From Eledone cirrhosa (taxonomy: Eukaryota): a DNA stretch of 64,000 nt. The notes under the pieces were generated by a model that saw only the letters and a list, made by a program, of their open reading frames with translations, was not told where the DNA came from and did no database searches. This document shows positions 53,124 through 64,000 of this stretch, in pieces (positions within the stretch are counted from its first letter, which is position 1; every line of letters begins with the position of its first letter). A program made the translations under genes and the position numbers. The stretch covers positions 53,134,001 to 53,198,000 of the forward strand of contig OZ024746.1 of assembly GCA_964016885.1 (NCBI GenBank), in the 5' to 3' direction.

Positions 53124-53452
53124 CATTATTGTCAATATTATCATTATCATCATTATTATTATTATTATTATTTCTTTTTTGTTTTTTTTTTTTGTTTTCA
53201 TTGACCAATCCCCTTCCCCCGAAATCCCGAGGGTTTTTTAAATATATTTGTATTTCCAGCCCCAAGACCCTGTTTTTGTTGGGTTTTTTTTTCTTATTTT
53301 ATTAAACAGGAATTTTTGCTGTTCATGAATAAATTTTGAAATTTTTTACTCAAGCCATTTTTTAAATACAAGTATTGTAATAGAGAATTGTTACGGTTGT
53401 TGTTGTTATCATTTTTGTTGTTATTATTATTATTATTATTAATTTGCCTGTG

Positions 53453-53502
<50 letters not shown>

Positions 53503-53688
53503 TGGGATGTGTATATAAATGTGTGTGTAAATGTAGGGAAGTGTGGGTCAGTGCTGAGTAATATGCATATCTCTTTATTATTGTGAATTATTTTATTTTT
53601 TTAAATTTTCATTCATGTGTGCCTGGGTGTGTTTTGATTTTTGAATTAATCATACATACATACATTCAAAATAACATGTTCACATATG

Positions 53689-53731
<43 letters not shown>

Positions 53732-53762
53732 GTATACATATATATATACATATATATACTTA

Positions 53763-53794
<32 letters not shown>

Positions 53795-53797
53795 CTT

Positions 53798-53879
<82 letters not shown>

Positions 53880-53881
53880 TT

Positions 53882-53965
<84 letters not shown>

Positions 53966-56900
53966 TTATATATGTATATATATATACATATGTATATATA
54001 TATATACATATATATGTATATATATGAAGAGTCTATAAACTGAAGTGTAAGAGAAATGTATAATATATATATTAACTTCATAACCATAAATTTTTCTGTA
54101 CATTGTGATTTTTCTATCATTTTGTATTCAAAGGAAATACTGAAAATAAAATAAAAGGTGGGGATCAAAAAAAAAATGCATTAAAAAAATCCCTTCAAAA
54201 TACTTTTAAGAATTCCTGAAACTCATAGGATTTCTTGGCAAAATATTGCTTTAAAAAATAATGATATTGTCATAAATGTGTTGGAAGCAACAAAAGAAAG
54301 TTTTCAAAAATGGAAAGAAGGAGATAATAATTTCTAATTTTAGGCACAAGGCCAGCCATTTGGTGAGTGAGGGGTGGAGGTGTCAGTCGATCACATCAAC
54401 CCCATTACTTGACTGGTACTTTATTTTATCAATGCCTGAAGAATGAAAGGCAGGAAAAGTTGACCTCAGTTGGATTTGAACTCAGAGTAATTGCTACAAA
54501 GCATTTGCTGCAATACTAATAATTCTGCCAATCGACTGCTCTGAAGAAGATGGATAAAACAGAATCAGAACTAGATACAAGAGCTTATATATTTGTTGTG
54601 ATTTTACCAAAATTAAACTTTTCATATCATTGATTGATGAAATAATTAATTATAAAAGCAATAAATCGAAGGCTAATTTTGTCAGAATAAGGGTTATAAT
54701 TAACTGAATAGATCCCTGTATACTATTGCTATTTAAATTGTTAACCTACAAAAGAAAGCTAGGCTTGGTAGAAAATGGACTCATAAGTGTGGTTTAGTTA
54801 TAGATATTTTATTATTTTTATATTTCACTTGACTTTGTTAGGACAAAAAATCAGTGCCCTTAATACTGTTTTCTAGTGGTCTCTGAGATGGGTAGGAAGA
54901 AATTATTCTCAGACCTTGGATCCTTCCATGCTGTCCTCTGAATATTTGTAACAACAGTAAACACCACTAAAACCAACCAAGGGCTATGTGATTAAACATA
55001 TCACCTAATAACAAGTTCAGTCTTTTTGATGAGCTTCCACACCGTTTTCTCAACCTAGTTTCAACCTGGGGTCATGATAAAACACTTGCCATCACCTCCG
55101 TAAAGTAGGACTGAACCCCTACCAAAACCCTTGTAGTTGCTAAATGAACTGCCTAATCAGATAACATACAGCCATACCTATATTTATGTTGTATAGTTGT
55201 TGATCCATTATCTCTGCTATCCTTACAGCATCTATAAATGATAAATAATTGTTTCTATTTTGGGCACAAGGCCAGCAATTACCCCAGTGCATTACTGGTG
55301 CTTTATTTTATCGATCCTGTAAGGATGAAAGTCAAAGTTAACCTCGGCAGGATTTGAACTCATAACTCTATGCTGCAAAGCATGGTGTCTGATGCTCTAC
55401 TGATGCTGCCAATCCACTGCCTTATATTTGTTCTTTTTTTTATTTTACATGTCTTAGTATGGCCACAGTCCTTTTGCTAGAACAAGTAAAGGTTATTTGA
55501 GAATTCAATTTAAGGGGCAGGGAAATGAGATGGGAGATTGAATCATTTCCCAGAGTAGATAGCATTATATGTGCAGTGGAAACATTCTATTATTTGAACC
55601 AATGTCACAAGACTTGCCTTTCAAGGAACTCAGTATGGATCAAGGTATCTACAACATTTGAAATCAACAATATTTGCATATGAAAACCCTTGAAAACAAA
55701 ACTGACTAGGTTGTGACAAGAACTCATAATCTTTTGATCCTGGAGCCCACCACTCTCTCTCTCTCTCTACCCCTAACTATTTGTATTTCCCAACAACAAC
55801 AACAATAGCAACAACTTAAGTTTGGCACAAGGCTATGAAGAGTAGTGGAGGAATATAAGTTGGTTAAATGAACTCTACAACATGACTGGTATTCTTTTTA
55901 TTGACCCTGGAGAGATGAGAGGCAAGGTTGACCAGAGTATGATTTGAACTCAGAATATAAAGTAATGTTATGGTAGGTACATTTCTATTTCTATCACCAC
56001 ACTAATAATCCTTTCTAACATAGACACAAGGTCAGAAATTTGGTGGAGTGAGGAGAGGTTAGTCTATTAAAGTGACCCCAGTGCATCTCTTTATTTTATC
56101 AATGCTGGAAAGATAAAAAGCAAATTTGAGCTATGTGTGATTTGAACCCAGAATGTAAAGAGTTACAATAAATACCATAAGGCATTTTGTCAAGTGTTCA
56201 AACATTTCTGTCAATCCCCTTATATTTTTTTATATTTTAATACAAAATCAAGAGATGGGTATCAAAGATTGTTAGTGCCTCCAGTGTTTACATATTGGGT
56301 GCATGGCAACTGTTAAAGACACAGATTCAAATTGGGATGTCTGCAATGCTTGTAAGTGAAACATTAAAGTAAATATTGTTTAACTACAGCAGTTTCTGTT
56401 TCTTGAAACTTACTGATAGTATACTGTCTGACACTATAACCTCCCTCATGCAGTGTGTATTTGGTTTAGAATGGCCACACCATATTTCTGTGTCATAAGA
56501 AACACGTAAAAGTGTTGACACCTGGAAGAGCATCTGACAGTAAAATATTGCTCCCAAAAGAACCCTATGATGAAGATAAAGGATATAATAGGGTCTGTTC
56601 TAGCAGGAGCATATGGCCTAAAAAAGGTTAGCTGCTAACAGCTTTTCACAGTACCATTTTCTCATCATCTTGCAGATACCTGATTAAACATACTTTTTTT
56701 TCAACCAATCACTCTCCACTCCGCACAAATGTTACTCATTAGAACTCACACCTGCCCATGTTTACTTTTTTCTCCAACCATACTCTTTTAATAGCTCTCA
56801 GTAAACATTAACCATTGATGCAAAACTATATATTTTAAAGTGAATATATTTTTTCTAAAAAAAATCTGTCCATCATAATTTTATGTAAGAACTTTTGTTA

Positions 56901-59010
56901 GATTATTCTAAACACAAACTTAATAATGAGGGAGATAGCTATATTACTAAATATATCCAAATTCCTGATTTTCAAAATTATTTGAAAAATCATAGGTTGC
57001 GTCTTTCGTTAGAGATATGGCATTGAAAGGATTAAACACTCTCTAGGTGAGGCCTAAAAGAGTATTTCTACTTGTAAGAGGTCTGAAATGGTCTCAATGA
57101 AAAGCCTGCAAGCACTGCTTCTTTCTTCACTTCAAGCTATTTATTAAATAATGAATATTTCTTACCAAACTACAAAGCTAATTGCTATAAGAAACTTGAG
57201 GATATAGTTTGAATTCATTAACCCTCATTATATCGCTGGTACTTAATAGATAGATAAATAAAGATTTCCACCTCATTAATTACAAAACTATTTTCTTCTT
57301 CCACATTGTATCATTCTTATACCCTCAACTTTGAGTATAAAGTTACTGTGATATCTATTATAGATAGTAATTAAGATAGAATGGGGTGGTGAGTGACAGT
57401 GAGGATAATGATGGTGGTGGTGGTGGTGGTGGTCTTGAAATCATGGAATTGTTAACAATGGTAAATGTCAGTTACTGAAATGATATGGCAGTGGAGGGTG
57501 GAGATGGGATTGTGGGTCTGCCCAGCCTGATTGTGAAGAGTTGTGAACCAGCAAAGAAAACACAGAGCTAAAATATGAATTAATATTTTACTTTCGAGAC
57601 AAGAAAAAAAAAAAAAAAATTAAACAATTAAAGAATTGAAATAAAGATTTCTACTATAGGCACAAGGCCAGCAATTTGGTGGGAGGGGAAAGTCAAATAA
57701 ATCGACCCCAGTGCATTACTGGTGCTTTGTTTTATCGACTCTAGAAAGATAAAAGGCAAAGTTGACTTCAGCTGGGTTTCAACTCAGAATGTAAAGCACC
57801 AGAACAAACACCATGTAATATCTTGTCTGACACTCTCATAATTCTGCCAATCCACAGCAATAATAACTATTTCTACTTTTGGCACAAGGCCAGCAATTAC
57901 CCCAGTGCATTACTGGTACTTTATTTTATCAATCCCGTAACAATGAAAGACAAAGCTAACCATGGCAGGATTTGAACTCAGAACATAAAGAACCATAACT
58001 CTATACTGCAAAGCATGGCACCCGACCCTCTACCGATACTGCCAATCCACCAAAGTAATAATAATAAATAATGGTTTCTGATTTAGGCACAAGGCTAGTA
58101 ATTTTGGGGGAGGGGAAAGTACGTTACTGGTACTTCATTTTATCGACCTCTTAAGGATGAAAGGCGAAGCTAACCTCGGTGGGATTTGAACTCAGAATAA
58201 TAATAAATAATAATAATAATGAGGGTTTTATCAATGGATGATTAGAAACACGATTCCAGTAAGTAATTAATTGTAATAACAGTAAAATAAATAAATTGTA
58301 GTAATAAGGGAATGGAGAGGAATAAACAAATCAAAATTATGTGAACAATTCATGTGTTGATTTTTTTTGTTTTATACTGTGAGTTTAACAAAAAAAAATT
58401 TTTTTTTTCATTTTCTATGAAGGATCAGAGGATCAGATATGATTGGTCTTACTTTTTGTTTTTGTTGTTATATAATGTTTTTGTAATGTTATTGGTGGTC
58501 ATTGTTAAATTTAATTGGTAAAAGGAGAGAAAGAGAGAGGCAAGTGCTTGGATGTGTCAGTTGGTAGAAAAGTGACTGAGTGTGAGGATTATTGGGGTGA
58601 AGGCTTGTTTTGCTATGTATTTCATATGTTGCCTTTTAAGGGCAATGGAAGGGTGATGGGTTGTTCCAGATGTGTTTTTTTTTTTTTTTTTGTAAGTTGG
58701 GGCTGTTCATGTTAAGATTGTTGTTGTTTTTCTTGTTGCAGTTGTAAAAGTAGGCTTTCTTTCAAGGATCATTGGGGGGAAGATGGCAGGACATTATCTA
58801 TCTGTACAGAATTTTGTGGAAGTGTATTCTGCATGTGTGTGTTTGTGTTAAGATTGTTGTTTCCTTGTTGTAGATGTAAGATTTGGTTGTAAGGATCATA
58901 AGGGTGGGACAGCAAGACAGTACCATTTGTATGGAATTTTGTGAATATGTATATATATATATATATATATGATACTGCTGCTTGAGGTTGTTGTGGTATG
59001 CAACAGTGTG

Positions 59011-59134
59011 TGATTGTGTATATATATAATTATGTCTTTGCAATATATTTGTGTTTATATTTGTACCTTAGTATGTGATTGTATATATAATTGTGTCTTT
59101 GCAATATGTTTGTGTTTATATTTGTACCTTAGTA
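59011..59134. repeat. ~62-bp tandem duplication
   Basis: tgattgt.tatatataatt.tgtctttgcaatat.tttgtgtttatatttgtaccttagta occurs twice. Confidence 0.8.
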
Positions 59135-59663
59135 AGTGTATACTTGGGATTGTGGATCTGTAATATTGTGTCAGTGATAATTGATGTGGGTGTGTATTTT
59201 ATCCATTTCTGCTTTTAAACATTTTTATATTTTTTTAAATATTTATTTAAAATTTTAAGACAAGAACATTTAATTTTTACACTTTCAATATAATTGATTG
59301 CAAAACTTTGGCTCGTTTTGTCTTCAGTTCTTCACTTCTCTTCATTTTTTTTTTTCCGTTTAGAAAAACAAAAAAAAAAACATTTAATAAAAAAACAAGA
59401 AAAAATATTTAATTAAAAATTTAAATATTTCAACCAACAACAACAAGAACAACAACAACAACAACTTTTTTGCTGAGAAGTTGGTCAACACATAATCCAA
59501 ATGTGGTCCTTAATTTTATACCACAAACACATTTTTAGGAATAGCATTTTATTATTATTATTAATATTTTTTTTTTTTTTTTTCAAAACAGCAAAGTATA
59601 TATATTTGTAAAAAAAAACTGTATATATATCATTTTTTTAAACTCATTTTTTTATATGCATTA

Positions 59664-59696
<33 letters not shown>

Positions 59697-59711
59697 GTAT
59701 ATATATATGTG

Positions 59712-59742
<31 letters not shown>

Positions 59743-59773
59743 ACATACATATATATATGTATATATATATGTG

Positions 59774-59804
<31 letters not shown>

Positions 59805-59838
59805 ACATACATATATATATGTATATATACATATACGT

Positions 59839-59870
<32 letters not shown>

Positions 59871-60166
59871 TATACACACATATATAGGCATATATATGTG
59901 TATATATGTTTGTATGTATATTTTTACATACACACACATATATTAATGTGCGTGTATGTATGTATATTCATTTGATTATTTGTCAGTTTATTATATATAC
60001 ATATGTATTTGATTAATTTTTAATTTGTGTGTATATATATATATATATTTACATATATATATATGTGTGTACATATATATATATGTGTGTGTGTGCATGT
60101 ATGTGTGTGGTTATTTCAAAAGCAAACATTGTATATGTGATTTGCATATATACACACAAACACACA

Positions 60167-60205
<39 letters not shown>

Positions 60206-60265
60206 TGTTTTTTTAATACACTTGTATGTGTAATTATTTTAAACTCATATTTTCATATATATACA

Positions 60266-60296
<31 letters not shown>

Positions 60297-61718
60297 CACA
60301 CACACATGCATATGTTCTTGTATATGTACTTGCATATGTACATATATATGTGTGTGTTTATATACATATGTACACATACATATACATACTAACATATATG
60401 TAATAGGTAGTTACATACACATTGATATTCATTACAAATTTTTATCATCCCACCCATGATAACCACCCAACCACCCTCCCACCCAACCCACCACCCACCC
60501 ACCCACAGCCAGAAACAACTTTTTTATTATTATTTTTTTTGTTTTGTTTTCGAGAATATCATATTTAACAGAGAAAATTTTGAATTCAATTTTCAAAAAA
60601 ATGGTTAGTTTCGTTTTTTTTTTTTTTATCTTTTCTTTTTTCGTCATTTCAAAAAATTTACTTGGCACAGATATTCGAAAATCATAATTCACAGGAAAAA
60701 AAAAACATGTGGGAAAATTAAAATACTTTTCAAAACGAAAAACTATGTACAATGCAATAGATTTTCCGTTGTTAAATTAAAATTTTCATTTTTCAAATTT
60801 CATAATTTCATATTTCCTTTTTAATGAAGTTTGTTAAAAATGTTTTTGTTTTTTGTTTTTTTTAAATATTTTTTTAATATATTTTATATATATATGTAAT
60901 TTTTTTAAAACTTTTAAATTAAATATTGTTAATGCTTTTATTTTTGTTGTTTTGTTTTGTTTTCTCAATCATTTTAAATATTTATTTTGGTTTTGGTTTG
61001 CTTATTTTTTGTTCATTATTCATGAACATTCATTATATATCATCATCATATATATATATATATATATATTGGTATGTATGTGTATATTTATATATACATA
61101 TAAGTATGACCATATATGCATATATACATACACACACATATACAGATATACTTATATATATCATATATTTGCATATATGATGTGTATATATATGAGTGTT
61201 TGTGTGTGTGTATAAATGTATATATATATATATATGTGCATATATATATATATATATGTGTGCATATATATATATATATGTATGTATATATATATCATTG
61301 AATTTTAGATATAACAATTATAATGATCATAATTATTATCATCATTATCATCATCAACATCATTATCGTTATTATGATCATTATTTTTTTAAATATAATT
61401 CTTTTTTTTTTTAAATAAATTTTCCTTTCTTCGATAATGCAACTTAATAAATTTGAGGCACAAAATTGCTGTCTGAACATTGCATAAATTAAGAAAAATC
61501 CAAATGAACATATCTATGGCATTTTTTTAATCAAAGAAATCCTTTATATTTCACACCATGTTGGCTGTTTTTTTTTGTTATGTTTGTGTAATTTATTTCA
61601 TTTTTTTTTTTTTTCATTTTTTCGATAGCTATTTTCAACAGTCCTCCCTGACAAAGTGAATCATATTGATTATTATTCTTTTACTGGTCACTTGACTGTG
61701 GCCATTATTATCATTATT

Positions 61719-61753
<35 letters not shown>

Positions 61754-62829
61754 TGTTGATGTCATTCTCTGTTTTATTTTTGTTATTTTTATATTAATTA
61801 ATTTCATTACAGTCACATTGTTGTATCTTTAGAAAATTTTATAGGAAAAAAGAAATAGGAAGAAAAAAAACAAAAAAAACAAGCTTAAAATACAAGAACA
61901 AAATTGTCTTTTTCTCTTTCTCTCTCTCTCACATACACGCATGCACAAACATAGACACAGACACAGACATACACATACACAAAAGTGAAACCAGACTTAC
62001 AAAAAAGTATAAGGGATATAACTTTAAAACCCCTTTCTATCCAATGATGGAAATAAGTATTTATAATTATTATCTAGTATTATTACTATGTTTGCTTTTA
62101 GAGCTTTTCCTTTTGGTGAACCTCTTATTAATATTATTAGTATTATTATTAATAGTACCAGTAATGCACTGGGTAATTGCTGGCCTTGTGCCTAAAGTAG
62201 AAACAATTATTATTATTAATAGTATTTTTATTATTGTTACTATTGTTTTCTTGCTCAGAGATCCCTTTTTAATTTCTGGATATAAGTTTAACTGAAACAA
62301 CAGTTTGAAGGAATTTATCATATCATAAAGAAATTATTATTATTATTATTATTATTATCATCATTATTATCATCACTATCATCATCATCATCATTAATTA
62401 TTATTATTATAGGATTCTTCATTCACATCAAAGACATGGCAATTTACCTATTGCTGGTACACTGATAAAATGCAACCAGTGCACCCTGTAAAGTGGTTAG
62501 CATTAGGAAGGGCATCTAGCTGTAGAAACCATGCCATAATATATGAGTAAGACATGGTCCTTCAACCTGTCAAAAAGGACAGTAGCTCTGATTAAGTATT
62601 GACTTGGTCTGAAACAATCAATGTTACCCATATCATCATGGAAAAGCAGATGTAAAAGGATGATGATGATTATGTTATTATTGTTGCTGTTGTTGTCATT
62701 TCGTTTTCCCAAGTGTTCATGTAAAATGCATAATTATATCTCCTCCAGTCTCACCCAACAGTGTGCAACAAAGTTGCATGGTTAGTACTTTGGCCACTGT
62801 ATATTTGTGAATTTTTAACTTTTGTTATC

Positions 62830-64000
62830 TTTTATTGTTGGTTTATGTTGTTACATAATATATATTATTGTACTGGGTTGTCATAAGTAAAATATGTTGT
62901 GTAATGTTGCTGTATTATAAGTGTATCATATGAAGTATATATATTGTATAATGTTCGCCGACAGTTTCTTGTGTAAAATATATTATATAATGTGTGTGTA
63001 ACAGCTTCCTAAGTAGAATATATTGTATAACACAGTGTATTGAGAATGTGTTGAATATATGTTATGTAATATGTATGACAGATCTCTGTGTAAAATATGT
63101 TATGTAATATGTGTGACCGGTTTCTGTGTAAAATATGTTATGTAATATGTGACAGGTTTCTGTGTAATATATGTTATGTAATTTGTGTGAGTTTTCTATG
63201 TAAAATATGTTATGTAATATGTGTGACGGGTTTCTGTGTAATATATGTCATGTAATGTGTGTGGCATGTTTCTGCGTAGAATAGGGTAAAAAAGTGTTAT
63301 TATATTGACAGTGTGTTCAATATATGTTGTGTAATATATGTTGTATTGAGAGGTTCCTGTGTCGAATATATATTTAATATGTGGCAGGTTTCTGTGAAGA
63401 TGTGTGCTGTATCATGTGTATGGCAGATTGTTGTGTAGGATATATGTGTAATATCTATATTAATGTATCGGTAGGTTCCTGTGTAATGTGTATTTTTCTA
63501 ATGGGAAGTCCCAGTGTAGAATATATGTTGCATAAGGTATGTTGCTGTATTAAAAAGATGTCATATGCAGGATACAAGATGTGTAATGTATGTTCCAGTG
63601 CAGAATATATGCTGTATAATTGTTACAGCTTCTGTATAGAATATATTGTGTGATGTGTGTAATTGCATTGGAAAGATGCTCTATGTATATTATATAACGT
63701 CTGTGACAGGTTCTGTTGTATAATGCATGTGACTGGTTCTTGCAAAGAATATATGAGTGAATATATGTGCTAATGTGTTGAATGTATGTTGTTGTATAGA
63801 GAGGATTTCTGCATAGAATATATATTGTATAATGTATGTTATTGTCTTGAAAGTGTGTAGAATATATTTTGTATATGTTGTCACTGTATTGTTCCTGCAC
63901 GAAATGTATGCTGCATAAGTGAGTAATTGTACTGACAGGTTTCTGTGTAGAATCTGTGCAGTGTAATATGTATGAGATGTTCCTGTATGAAATCTATGTT
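62830..64000. repeat. Degenerate ~36-38-bp tandem repeat
   Basis: tttctgtgtaaaatatgttatgtaatatgtgtgacagg units are clearest at 63080-63280 and decay outwards. Confidence 0.8.

Noticed and set aside
57400-62100. TE-poor, homopolymer-rich stretches resembling a long 3'UTR, with a possible minus-strand acceptor at ~57568
   Set aside because: No coding exon or recognisable product could be tied to it.

Overview
AT-rich, microsatellite-dense eukaryotic DNA. The SINE/LINE repertoire and abundant (TA)n/(CA)n suggest an octopus or other cephalopod (inference). Nearly all ORFs in the supplied track are microsatellite artefacts. One real gene is supported: a minus-strand, multi-exon DnaJ/Hsp40 co-chaperone (DNAJC4/DnaJ-60-like; coding exons 15418-15500, 13766-13952, 10815-11029, 5087-5275, 3021-3107; last exon not found, probably left of the window). 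It carries an in-frame 87-bp duplication of the start of its J-domain. The rest is mostly decayed transposons: RTE, R4/Dong-, CRE-, CR1- and I/Jockey-like LINEs, a mariner, hAT/Tc1/piggyBac-type MITEs, Helitron-like elements and two or three SINE families, plus satellites. The most notable signal is a cluster of short, non-coding, mutually dissimilar elements sitting in or next to (TA)n tracts. They show inverted and/or direct partial terminal repeats and carry type I hammerhead ribozyme motifs, several with an unusually long stem II (clearest at 18305-18398, 25847-25939 and 24510-24603). They look like several families of non-autonomous Penelope-like 'retrozyme' elements. All folds were paired by eye and no searches were run.
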